NCBI GenBank assembly: GCA_027340875.1 | Contig: DAIENX010000020.1 | Coordinates: 1 to 39,962 of the forward strand | DNA: 39,962 nucleotides | Origin: Elusimicrobiota bacterium | Lineage (GTDB): Bacteria > Elusimicrobiota > Elusimicrobia > Elusimicrobiales > UBA9959 | Direction of reading: 5' to 3' | Part shown: in pieces, positions 25,534 through 34,092 of the stretch | Position numbering within the stretch: position 1 is the first letter of the stretch | How the letters are laid out: the number at the start of each line of letters is the position of its first letter | Translations under genes and position numbers: made by a program | Notes under the pieces: generated by a model | Databases searched by the model: none | Told to the model about the DNA's origin: nothing | What the model saw: the letters and a program-made list of their open reading frames with translations, nothing else

Positions 25534-27354
25534 ATGGCCAAGAACGAGCAGGGCGTGACCTGGGACCTTACCAGCTACTTTCCGGCCTTCAACGGCCCGG
25601 AGATGACCGCTTTCAAGAAGAAGCTGGCCGCGGACATAGCCGCGCTGCAGAAGAAGGCGGCGAAGCTCGCGCCCCTTTCCAGCAAGACCGCCAATGACTG
25701 GGAGAAGCTGATACTGGCGGCCGAGAACGCGGAAGCGCGGCTGAGCCATATCTTCTCCTATGTGGGCTGCCTCTCGTCCGCCGACGCGGCCAACGAGGCC
25801 TACCAGGCCGAGGAAGCCAGGCTCTCCTCTATGGCGGCCGAGTACTCGAAGTTCGCGGTCGACCTGCTGCGCGCCTTCAAGGACGTCCCGGAAAAGGTCT
25901 TCGCCGCCTTCATCAAGCGCGACAGGCTCAGGGACATAGCCTACTCCCTCAAGCGCACGCGCGAGAGCGCCCGCCGCACGATGACCCCGGCCGAGGAGAA
26001 GCTAGCCGCCGACCTCTCCGTGGACGGCTTCCAGTCCTGGAGCCGCCTGTACGACAAGATCTCCAGCAAGCTGACCTTCGAGATGAAGTGGCCCGACGGC
26101 AAGACGGAGACGCTGCCCATCTCCCGCTGGCGCGCGCTGATGTCGGACCCGGACCGCCGCGTGGGCCGCGCCGCCTTCGAGGGCGGCAACAAGGCCTGGG
26201 CAGGCATCGAGGACTCCTGCGCGGCAGCGCTGAACGCGCTGGCGGGCACCCGCCTCACGCTGTTCAAGCGCCGCGGCATGAAGCATTTTCTGGACGAGTC
26301 GCTGTTCGGCTCGGGGATAAAGCGCTCCACGCTGGACGCCATGTACAAGGCCGTCAACCGCAACCTGGAGCCCCTGCGCGACATCCTGCGCGCCAAAGCG
26401 GGGGCCATGAACCGCCGCGGCATCGCCTTCTTCGAGCGCGAAGCCCCGCTGCCGCTCAAGGACAGCAAGACCTACACCTGGGCGGAAGGGTCGGAAAAAG
26501 TGGCCGGCGCCTTCGGCCGCGTCTACCCGGCGCTGGGCGCCTTCTACCGCGATTTCGTGGCCAAGAAATGGCTGGAGAGCCAGGCGCGCGGCGGCAAGCG
26601 GCCGGGCGCCTTCTGCTCCACCTCGCATTTCATCGGAGAAAGCCGCGTCTACATGACCTTCAACGGCGCTCTGAACGACGTGACCACGCTGGCCCACGAG
26701 ATGGGCCACGCCTGGCATGGCGAGCTGCTCAAGGAGAAGCGCCCCTGGGCCGCCGGCTACCCCATGACACTGGCGGAGACCGCCTCCATCTTCGGAGAGC
26801 ACCTGCTGGCCGAGGGCATACAGGGCGACCCGGCCGTGCCCGAGGCGCAGAAGCTGATAATGCTGGACGAGTACCTCACCGGCGCGGCCGTCACCATACT
26901 GGACATCACGGTCCGCTTCGAGTTCGAGAAGGCCTTCCACGAGGAGAGGCAGAAAGGCGAGGTCTCCGTGGCCCGCCTCAAGGAGCTCATGACGGAGGCA
27001 CAGAAGAGGATCTTCGGCGACGCGCTGGAGCCCGGCGGCGAGGACCCGCTGTTCTGGGCCTCCAAGCTGCACTTCTACATCTCCGGGGTCTCGTTCTACA
27101 ACTACCCGTACACCTTCGGCTTCCTGCTGGCGGCCACGCTGTTCCGCAAGTTCAAGGCGGAGGGGGAGTCGTTCCTGCCGAAGTACGAGGCGTTCCTGCG
27201 CCTCTCCGGCTCCGATACGGCCGAAGGCGTAGCGAAGCGCGGCCTGAAGGAGGACCTGGGCAGGCCGGAGTTCTGGGAGACCGCGATAAAGGGCCTGGCC
27301 GAGCCGCTGGCCCGCTACCGGAAGCTGCTCGATGAGCTGAAGGCCGCGGCCTGA
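25534..27354 (+). CDS. pepF: Oligoendopeptidase F (M3B)
   Basis: N-terminal WDL, GKRPGAFC, TLAHEMGHAWH, MTLAETASIF, KLHFY, FYNYPYTFG; AGGAGG SD; TATAAT upstream. Confidence 0.93.
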   Translation: MAKNEQGVTWDLTSYFPAFNGPEMTAFKKKLAADIAALQKKAAKLAPLSSKTANDWEKLILAAENAEARLSHIFSYVGCLSSADAANEAYQAEEARLSSMAAEYSKFAVDLLRAFKDVPEKVFAAFIKRDRLRDIAYSLKRTRESARRTMTPAEEKLAADLSVDGFQSWSRLYDKISSKLTFEMKWPDGKTETLPISRWRALMSDPDRRVGRAAFEGGNKAWAGIEDSCAAALNALAGTRLTLFKRRGMKHFLDESLFGSGIKRSTLDAMYKAVNRNLEPLRDILRAKAGAMNRRGIAFFEREAPLPLKDSKTYTWAEGSEKVAGAFGRVYPALGAFYRDFVAKKWLESQARGGKRPGAFCSTSHFIGESRVYMTFNGALNDVTTLAHEMGHAWHGELLKEKRPWAAGYPMTLAETASIFGEHLLAEGIQGDPAVPEAQKLIMLDEYLTGAAVTILDITVRFEFEKAFHEERQKGEVSVARLKELMTEAQKRIFGDALEPGGEDPLFWASKLHFYISGVSFYNYPYTFGFLLAATLFRKFKAEGESFLPKYEAFLRLSGSDTAEGVAKRGLKEDLGRPEFWETAIKGLAEPLARYRKLLDELKAAA

Positions 27355-27368
27355 GCGCCTTAACGGCG

Positions 27369-27400
27369 AAAAAAAGCCCCCGGGAGACCGGGGGCTTTTT
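27369..27400. terminator. Bidirectional intrinsic terminator
   Basis: AAAAAGCCCCCGG-GAGA-CCGGGGGCTTTTT. Confidence 0.85.
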
Positions 27401-27418
27401 CTTTCCGGGCGCAGGACG

Positions 27419-28342
27419 TCAATCGTCCGTGGTCAGGCCGCTGAAGTAGTTGCGGTCGAGCACCGTGGAGCCCTCTTCGCCGGTGGCCTGGGGCTTCTCG
27501 CCTGTCCAGTAGCGGGGGGACAGCATCGTGCCGGTGTTCAGGTAGGTCTGGTCGTCGGAGAGGATCACGTTGCAGTCGCGCAGGTAAGGCATCGCCGGGC
27601 AGCCGTACTGGCTGAACACCGCGTAGCGGTAGTCGAAGCCGCCTTTGCCCACCTCCTTGCGCCCCTGCGAGGAGAAGTACTTGAACCCCACCACGTCCGG
27701 CCCGTACTCGGGCAGCATCTTCCCGGTGCCGCTGATGTAGCCTAGGAAGGTTACCGCGTGGCCGGTCTTCGTGGTGCGGTTGATATTGACGAAATCCCCG
27801 GGTTTGAGCTGGTCGAATGTCCGCCGCTCGCCCATGCCGAAGTTTATCAGCGCGTCCGCGGTGCCGTCGGCGTGGAAGGCGTGGTTGACCCAGATGTGGC
27901 CCTTGATGTCAGTTATGGCCAGGCCCTCGAAGCTGCTCTTCGGCAGGTAGTCGTAGACCGAATAGTCCCCGGTCTCCCCGGCGTAGATCTGGAAGGCGGT
28001 CAGGATGACCTCCATCTGCGCGGCCACGCACATGGTGAGCGGGGGATGCCTGGCGGGTATAGTGCCGTACTTGTAGTACTCGATGTCGTGCGTCAGTATG
28101 GAATTGATGTCGTAGCCCAGCTTGCCGTAGTTGTTGTAGAGGTAATCAACCGCCTTCAGCACATAGGCGTTGAAATAGCGCGGCTCGGGCTGGGGGTCCT
28201 CACGCAATGGGACCGGGATGGCAGTTGCCGGAGCGGCCATGCGTAGCTGCGGCAGCGTGAGCCGCTCGAGCTCGAAGCCCGGCTGGACGGCGCCGGCGGC
28301 GCCGGAGAGCAGCAGAAGGAGGGGGAGTATAAGCCTGGTCAT
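27419..28342 (-). CDS. Secreted hypothetical protein, possible NlpC/P60-like Cys-His hydrolase
   Basis: Signal peptide; TMCVAA...LKPGDFVNI...GHAVTFLG spacing resembles papain-like amidases; GAGG SD; TATAAT upstream. Confidence 0.65.
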   Translation of the reverse strand: MTRLILPLLLLLSGAAGAVQPGFELERLTLPQLRMAAPATAIPVPLREDPQPEPRYFNAYVLKAVDYLYNNYGKLGYDINSILTHDIEYYKYGTIPARHPPLTMCVAAQMEVILTAFQIYAGETGDYSVYDYLPKSSFEGLAITDIKGHIWVNHAFHADGTADALINFGMGERRTFDQLKPGDFVNINRTTKTGHAVTFLGYISGTGKMLPEYGPDVVGFKYFSSQGRKEVGKGGFDYRYAVFSQYGCPAMPYLRDCNVILSDDQTYLNTGTMLSPRYWTGEKPQATGEEGSTVLDRNYFSGLTTDD

Positions 28343-28414
28343 TTGACATTCCTCAAGTCGTCCGCCAGCCCAAATTATACAACTTAGGCGGCGGCTGTCA
28401 ACAGGAATGCCGGG

Positions 28415-28915
28415 CTATTTCTTCTTTACCTGGGGGATGTACTTCCCGTAGCCCTGCTTTTCCATCTCCTCCAGGGGGATGAAGCGCAGGGCCGCCGAGT
28501 TGATGCAGTAGCGCAGGCCTCCCGGGGCGGGGCCGTCGCTGAAGACGTGGCCGAGGTGGGAATCGCTGGAGCGGGAGCGCACTTCGGTCCTCTCCATGCC
28601 GTAAGAGGTATCGCCGCGCTCCTCAATATCGGCCCCGGCCACGGGCTTAGTAAAGCTGGGCCAGCCGGAACCGGAATCGAACTTGTCGGCGGAGACGAAC
28701 AGCGGCGTTCCGTCTATCACGTCCACGTAGATGCCCGCCCTGTGGTTGTCCCAGTACTCGTTGTGGAAAGCGGGCTCGGTGCCGCAGTTCTTGGTGACGT
28801 CGCGCTGCAGCGGGGTGAGCTTCCGGAGCTTCTCGTCCATGGGGGCCTCCGCAGGTGTCTTCGAAGTGCACGCGCCCAGCAGCAGCGCAGCCGCGGCCGC
28901 GTACAGCGCCCTCAC
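28415..28915 (-). CDS. msrB: Peptide-methionine (R)-S-oxide reductase with a lipoprotein signal
   Basis: [36 protein letters not shown]; lipobox LLGAC; GTG start overlapping the upstream TGA. Confidence 0.93.
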   Translation of the reverse strand: MRALYAAAAALLLGACTSKTPAEAPMDEKLRKLTPLQRDVTKNCGTEPAFHNEYWDNHRAGIYVDVIDGTPLFVSADKFDSGSGWPSFTKPVAGADIEERGDTSYGMERTEVRSRSSDSHLGHVFSDGPAPGGLRYCINSAALRFIPLEEMEKQGYGKYIPQVKKK

Positions 28916-29274
28916 AGCGCCTCCAGCGGCCGGCAGGCCACCAGGTCGGCCCCGAGACCTAGGAAGTTCTCGGCTATCACCGAGCCTTCCCTGACCGGGG
29001 AAGTGACGGTTATGCGCCTGACCGCCTGCATGGCTTCGAAAAGCTTTTCCTTGGGGATCGGGGCGGAAGTGCGGACCGGGAGCATCTTCAGCTCCAGGCC
29101 TCTCGTCAGCACGCTAGTGGTCAGCGTGCGGGTCGGCGCCTCTATCTCCTGGCGGGCGTAGGAGGCGCCGCGGTTGCATTTGTGCCCGGCCAGCGAGATC
29201 AGCCTGGCGCCGTCGGCCTCTATCTCCAGCCGGCAGCCCTGCGGGCATTCTATGCAGGTCATCGTCCGTTTCAT
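28912..29274 (-). CDS. DUF1667-type small Cys protein (CxxCPxGC...C)
   Basis: CIECPQGC...[27 protein letters not shown]; the usual third gene of GlpA-like operons. Confidence 0.85.
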   Translation of the reverse strand: MKRTMTCIECPQGCRLEIEADGARLISLAGHKCNRGASYARQEIEAPTRTLTTSVLTRGLELKMLPVRTSAPIPKEKLFEAMQAVRRITVTSPVREGSVIAENFLGLGADLVACRPLEAL

Positions 29275-30269
29275 GTCAGTTCCTCGGGACGCTCCGGGGC
29301 GGCGCCGAGATATTCCGCGGCCATGCGGCCCGCCAGCGAGCTGTCACGGGTGACCCAGTCCACCAGATCGTAGACCCGGCACGCGTTGCCGCAGGCGAAT
29401 ACCCCCGGCACCGAAGTGAGGTTGACCTTCTCCGCCACCGGGGTATTGGTCTTCCTGTCGATATCGGCCCCGGCCATCTCCAGCAGCTCGTTCTCCGGGA
29501 TCAGGCCGACGGACACCAGCACGGTATCGCAGTCCATCTCGAAGCCGGAGCCCGGGATGTCCTTCATACCGTCGTCAACCCGCACTATCGAGACCTTCTC
29601 CACGCGGTCGCGCCCGTGTATGGCCGAGATCCGGTGTCGGAGATAGAGGGGGATGGAAAAATCCTCGAGGCACTGTACCACGTTGCGTACCAGGCCGCGG
29701 CTGGCCGCCTGTATCTCTATCACGCCCTTCACCTTCACCCCTTCCAGGGCCATGCGGCGGGCCATTATCAGTCCTATGTCCCCGGAGCCCACGATGACGG
29801 CCTCGGTGCCCGGTATCCAGCCCTCCATGTTGATCATCTTCTGGGCCAGCCCGGCAGGGTAGATGCCCGCGGGCCGCGAGCCGGGTATCGGGATCATCTC
29901 GCGGGTGCGCTCGCGGCAGCCGGTGGCGAGTATGACCGCGCCGGCCTTAACTTCCTCCAGCGCGCCGGGACGGAGGTAGGAAAGCTCGCGGTCCCGGGTC
30001 AGCCTGACCACAAAGGAGCGGAGGCTCACCTCTATGCCGTGGTCCTCTCGCACCTGGCGCACGAAACGGTCGGCGTACTGCGGCCCCGTCAGCTCCTCCT
30101 TGAAATGATGCAGGCCGAAGCCGGGATGTATGCACTGGTTCAATATGCCGCCCAGGTGCTGGTCGCGCTCGAGCAGCAGCACGTCCTTGACGCCCGCGGC
30201 GCGCGCGGCGAGGGCCGCCGCCATACCGGCGGGGCCGCCTCCGACGATGACCAGTTCCCTGTTCTTCAA
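29271..30269 (-). CDS. NAD(P)/FAD-dependent pyridine nucleotide-disulfide oxidoreductase-family protein
   Basis: VIVGGGPAG, LGGILNQCIHPGFG, ATGCRER, VGSGDIG, GVFACGN. Start re-assigned to TTG at 30269 (AGGA upstream). Confidence 0.88.
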   Translation of the reverse strand: MKNRELVIVGGGPAGMAAALAARAAGVKDVLLLERDQHLGGILNQCIHPGFGLHHFKEELTGPQYADRFVRQVREDHGIEVSLRSFVVRLTRDRELSYLRPGALEEVKAGAVILATGCRERTREMIPIPGSRPAGIYPAGLAQKMINMEGWIPGTEAVIVGSGDIGLIMARRMALEGVKVKGVIEIQAASRGLVRNVVQCLEDFSIPLYLRHRISAIHGRDRVEKVSIVRVDDGMKDIPGSGFEMDCDTVLVSVGLIPENELLEMAGADIDRKTNTPVAEKVNLTSVPGVFACGNACRVYDLVDWVTRDSSLAGRMAAEYLGAAPERPEELT

Positions 30270-30277
30270 GATAGGTC

Positions 30278-30511
30278 CTAGTTCTGGCTCAGGTTGGCCC
30301 AGCCGGCGCTCTTCCAGATGAAGTCCACCATCTCCGGCGTGACGTCGTTCACGAAGGTGACCAGGCGGTCCGAACTGCCGTCGTGGGCAGGGGCCAGGCA
30401 ACAGTCCCCGGCCTCTATGTCGTAGATAGAGGACGGCTCGTCGCCGCGCAGCTTCTTCTTGATGAACTTCTTCGCCTTGGGGGTATGGTTTCTCAGGTAT
30501 ATCAGCGTCAT
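30278..30511 (-). CDS. Small hypothetical protein (77 aa) inside the oxidoreductase operon
   Basis: ATGA overlap with the upstream stop; fills the gap between two operon genes; host-like codon usage. Confidence 0.7.
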   Translation of the reverse strand: MTLIYLRNHTPKAKKFIKKKLRGDEPSSIYDIEAGDCCLAPAHDGSSDRLVTFVNDVTPEMVDFIWKSAGWANLSQN

Positions 30512-31938
30512 TTCCTTTCGTCCTTTATGAGCTCGGAGCCGGGACCGCGCTTGGTGATGGCCGTGGCGGGCAGGCCCAGTTCCTCTTCCATGATCTTCAT
30601 GATGCGCGTGGTGCAGAAACCTCCGTGGCAGCGGCCTGCCTGCGCGCGGGTGCGGAACTTGATGCCGTCCATGGTCCGCGCCCCGCGCTTCACCGCGTCG
30701 CGTATCTCCTGCGCGCTTACCAGTTCGCAGCGGCAGACTATGTCGCCGTAGGCCTGGTTCTTCTCTATCAGGTGGCGGGTCTCTTCGAGCGGCACCTGGA
30801 ACAGGTGCACCGGCTTCGGCCGGAGGCGGTGGAACTGCTCCTTCGGCTCCAGAGCCAGCCCGTGCCGCTTAAGGATGTCGGCCGCCATCACGGCTATGGC
30901 CGGCGCAGCAGTGAGTCCGGGAGACTGTATGCCCGCCACGTTCACTAGCCCCGGGGCGGAGTCTTCGTGGCGGATGATGAAGTCCTTGCCGCTGGCGGGC
31001 CGGAGGCCGGCGAAATACGCTATGATGTCGTCCTTCGAGACGGACGGGATCAGGCGGCGCGCGCCGGCCAGCACCTCGGCCAGGCCCTCGTCGGTAGTGG
31101 TGAGGTCGCCCTTGTCGGCGGTCTCGTGCGCCGTCGGGCCTATCATCGGGTTGCCGTCCGAGGTCTTGATGACCAGTATGCCCTTGGTGTCCCCGGACGG
31201 AAGGGGGAAGATGATGCGGCCGGTCATGTGCTCGAGCTTCTTGTCCAGCAGGTACTCCTCGCCCTTCCTGGGGGTTATCTTGAAAGTGGGGGCCCCGGCC
31301 ATCGCGGAAACCTCGTCCGCGTACAGGCCGGCCGCGTTCACGAGGAAGCGGGTCTCCAGCACCTCGCCGCCGGCCTCCACGTAGAAGCCGCCCTTCTCTA
31401 TGCGCGTGATGCCGGAGACGCGGGAGGAGGTCCGCAGCTCCACGCCGTTCCTGACGGCGTTCTCCACCAGCGCGTAGACGAAGCGGTAAGGGCTGATGAT
31501 GCCGGCCGACGGCACCAGCAGGGCGGCCTTGACGTCTGGCCCGAGGTTCGGCTCGTTCGCGTCCAGCCAGGCCCGGTCAACCAGACTCATTCCCTTCACG
31601 CCCATGGCCTCGCCGTCGCGGCGTATCTCCTCCAGGCGCGGCAGATCGGCCTCGTCGAAAATGACTACCAGCTGGCCGCACTGCATGAAGCTGAGGCCCA
31701 GGTCGGGAGCCAGTTCCTCGCGCAGCAGGCGGTTGCCCTCCACGCACAGCCAGCCTTTCAGCGAGGTCGGCGGGTTCTGCGTCCCGGCGTGGACGATGCC
31801 GCTGTTCGATTTGGAGACGCCGAATGCCGGCTCGGCCTCCTTCTCGAGGAGGAGCACCTTCAGCCGGTAGCGGGAGAGCTCCCTGGCGACAGCGGCGCCG
31901 GTAACGCCTGCGCCCACTATCACGACATCGTACGCCAT
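30508..31938 (-). CDS. FAD-dependent oxidoreductase (GlpA/LhgO-like) with a C-terminal BFD-like [2Fe-2S] domain
   Basis: VIVGAGVTG, SKSNSGIVHAG, NAAGLYAD, FAGLRP, IQSPGLTAAPA, VCRCE...GRCHGGFC. Confidence 0.9.
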   Translation of the reverse strand: MAYDVVIVGAGVTGAAVARELSRYRLKVLLLEKEAEPAFGVSKSNSGIVHAGTQNPPTSLKGWLCVEGNRLLREELAPDLGLSFMQCGQLVVIFDEADLPRLEEIRRDGEAMGVKGMSLVDRAWLDANEPNLGPDVKAALLVPSAGIISPYRFVYALVENAVRNGVELRTSSRVSGITRIEKGGFYVEAGGEVLETRFLVNAAGLYADEVSAMAGAPTFKITPRKGEEYLLDKKLEHMTGRIIFPLPSGDTKGILVIKTSDGNPMIGPTAHETADKGDLTTTDEGLAEVLAGARRLIPSVSKDDIIAYFAGLRPASGKDFIIRHEDSAPGLVNVAGIQSPGLTAAPAIAVMAADILKRHGLALEPKEQFHRLRPKPVHLFQVPLEETRHLIEKNQAYGDIVCRCELVSAQEIRDAVKRGARTMDGIKFRTRAQAGRCHGGFCTTRIMKIMEEELGLPATAITKRGPGSELIKDERK

Positions 31939-32086
31939 AGGCCTATTCTACAAAATAACCCCGCGGCGCACCCGGCCCGGATATTTGCCTTGCCTTTTCG
32001 CGGGCCCTTTAATAGAATTTATCCGAGCCCGCTGGGACCCCCGGTCCGTGCCGGGTTTGCCGCCAGGGGGGCGCGCTGATTATTTA

Positions 32087-34048
32087 ATGAAAATATCCGT
32101 TATATTATTATCCCTGTCCGTTATCATCGCACGGGCGGCATCGCCCGCGGCCGCCGGTCCCGAGTTCAACCCGGAGGATGAGTTCTTCGACCTGGAGCGC
32201 GCCAGCCTCCAGGAGCTGCTGGACATAAGGACCTCGCTCGCCTCGCGCAGCGCCATGAAACTGCGCGAGACCCCGGGGCTGGTCACCGTGATAACCCGGG
32301 AGCAGATACAGGCTTCCGGGGCGCGCGACCTGATAGACGTCCTGGAACAGGTACCCGAGCTCTCTTTCGGTATGGACGTACAGGGCAACCTGGGCCTCGG
32401 GGTGCGCGGCAACTGGGGCAACGAGGGCAAAGTCCTGCTGCTCTGGGACGGCCAGCCCTATAACGAGCCGCTCTACTCCACCATCCAGTTCGACCGCTTC
32501 CCCATAGACCAGGTGGAGGAGTTGGAGATCATCAAGGGGCCGGGCTCCGTGCTCTACGGTGGCAACGCCGAGCTGGCGGTCATAAACATCAGGACCCGGC
32601 CGCCGGCAGGGCTGAACCGCGGCAGGGCCTACGCCGCCTACGGGCAGGGAGCAGCCGCCCGGTCAAGGACATACGCCGGCTTCGCCTGGGGGAAGGCCGA
32701 CGACGCTGCGGAATACTCGGCCCAGGCCTTCTGGGGAGAAGGCCAGCGCAGCGACAGGCGCTATACGGACTTCTCCGGGGTTTCCTACAACATGAACCGC
32801 ACCTCCGACCTGCGCCCGCGCGGGGTGAACCTCTACGGCCGCCGCGGCGGCACCTCGCTGCGCCTGATAGCCGACCGCTACCAGCTGCGGGACCGCGACC
32901 ATTTCGGCGATGTGCTGACCACCGGTTCCTCCAAGGTGGAGTTCCCGGGCTTCTTTTCGGAACTCCGTCACGACCTTCAACCGACCCCGGAGCTCAGCCT
33001 CCATCCTTACCTGAGCTACTCCGACCGAGGTTCCTGGATGGAGAAGGACGAGTACTTCACGTACGACAAGCACGTTCGCTCGCTCTCTGCCGGGCTCAGC
33101 GCGCGGTACGCGCTGTCGTCCGGGGCGGAAGCGTCCGGAGGGGGGGAGTTCCTCCACGAAGCGGTCTCCGTCGACTCCGCCACGGACCCGGACTCCAGGT
33201 ACGCGCGCGGCAACGGCAGGGCCTACGACAACGTGGCCATCTTCGGTCAGACCACGCTGAACTGGCCGCTGGGCATAGTTACTGGCGGCGTCCGCTACGA
33301 GAAGCACTCGCATTACGGCGCCTCGCTGGTGCCGCGGATCGCCGTTACCGGCCTGACCGGCGATCTCAACTTCAAGGCCATGTACAGCATGGCCTTCAGG
33401 GCTCCTTCCATCGAGAACATCCGCCTCAACCCGGCCATAGAGCCCGAGCGCACCCACACGCAGGAGCTCGAAGCCGGCTACAAGGCATCCGACACCCTCT
33501 ACCTGTCCGCCAACGTCTTCAACACGGTCATAAAGCACCCCATAGTCTTCACCTACTTGGCGGGCAAGGAGGCCTACGGCAACTTCTCCCGGACCGGCAC
33601 CGCGGGCGGAGGCCTGTCGCTGAAATACAAGGAGAAGGCCGTAATGGCCGACCTCGGCTATTCCTACCAGGAGAGCTGCGCGAACCGCGTCGCCCTATAC
33701 TCGGTGGCGGGGCGCCAGTCCTACATGCTCGCCTTTCCCCGGCATAAGCTGACCTTGGACTCGTCGCTGCCCCTCGGGAACGGTCTGAGCCTGAACCCTT
33801 CGGCCTTCTACGTCTCAAAACGCTACGGGTACGGCGGGGACGGGTCCCTGCGCGTTTTCGGCGAGCGCACCATCGCCAACCTCAACCTTCACGCCAGGAA
33901 CCTCGCGGCTAACGGGCTGTCGCTCAGCCTCGGAGTGCGCGACCTGTTCAATTCCGGCTATCGTCACCTGCAGCCTTACGACGGCGGCCACGCGCCGCTG
34001 CCCGCGCCGTCCCGCGAACTTTTCCTGAAGGGGGAGTACGGGTTCTAG
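32087..34048 (+). CDS. TonB-dependent receptor 1
   Basis: Signal peptide; SLQELLDI...ETPGLVTVITREQI plug; IEIIKGPGSVLYG-type motif (LEIIKGPGSVLYG); FRAPS; C-terminal EYGF. Confidence 0.9.
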   Translation: MKISVILLSLSVIIARAASPAAAGPEFNPEDEFFDLERASLQELLDIRTSLASRSAMKLRETPGLVTVITREQIQASGARDLIDVLEQVPELSFGMDVQGNLGLGVRGNWGNEGKVLLLWDGQPYNEPLYSTIQFDRFPIDQVEELEIIKGPGSVLYGGNAELAVINIRTRPPAGLNRGRAYAAYGQGAAARSRTYAGFAWGKADDAAEYSAQAFWGEGQRSDRRYTDFSGVSYNMNRTSDLRPRGVNLYGRRGGTSLRLIADRYQLRDRDHFGDVLTTGSSKVEFPGFFSELRHDLQPTPELSLHPYLSYSDRGSWMEKDEYFTYDKHVRSLSAGLSARYALSSGAEASGGGEFLHEAVSVDSATDPDSRYARGNGRAYDNVAIFGQTTLNWPLGIVTGGVRYEKHSHYGASLVPRIAVTGLTGDLNFKAMYSMAFRAPSIENIRLNPAIEPERTHTQELEAGYKASDTLYLSANVFNTVIKHPIVFTYLAGKEAYGNFSRTGTAGGGLSLKYKEKAVMADLGYSYQESCANRVALYSVAGRQSYMLAFPRHKLTLDSSLPLGNGLSLNPSAFYVSKRYGYGGDGSLRVFGERTIANLNLHARNLAANGLSLSLGVRDLFNSGYRHLQPYDGGHAPLPAPSRELFLKGEYGF

Positions 34049-34092
34049 CCGCTCCACCCGCACCCCGATAATTGGCTACAATAGAGCCGCTC

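Noticed and set aside
29271..30511. Frameshift or pseudogene suggested by overlap of ORFs 29271-30401 and 30278-30511
   Set aside because: The overlap disappears with the TTG start at 30269, just before the GxGxxG motif.
31940..32086. Cobalamin riboswitch or Fur box upstream of the TonB receptors
   Set aside because: The region is under 150 bp, is shared with a divergent promoter, and shows no B12-box or GATAATGATAATCATTATC-like sequence.
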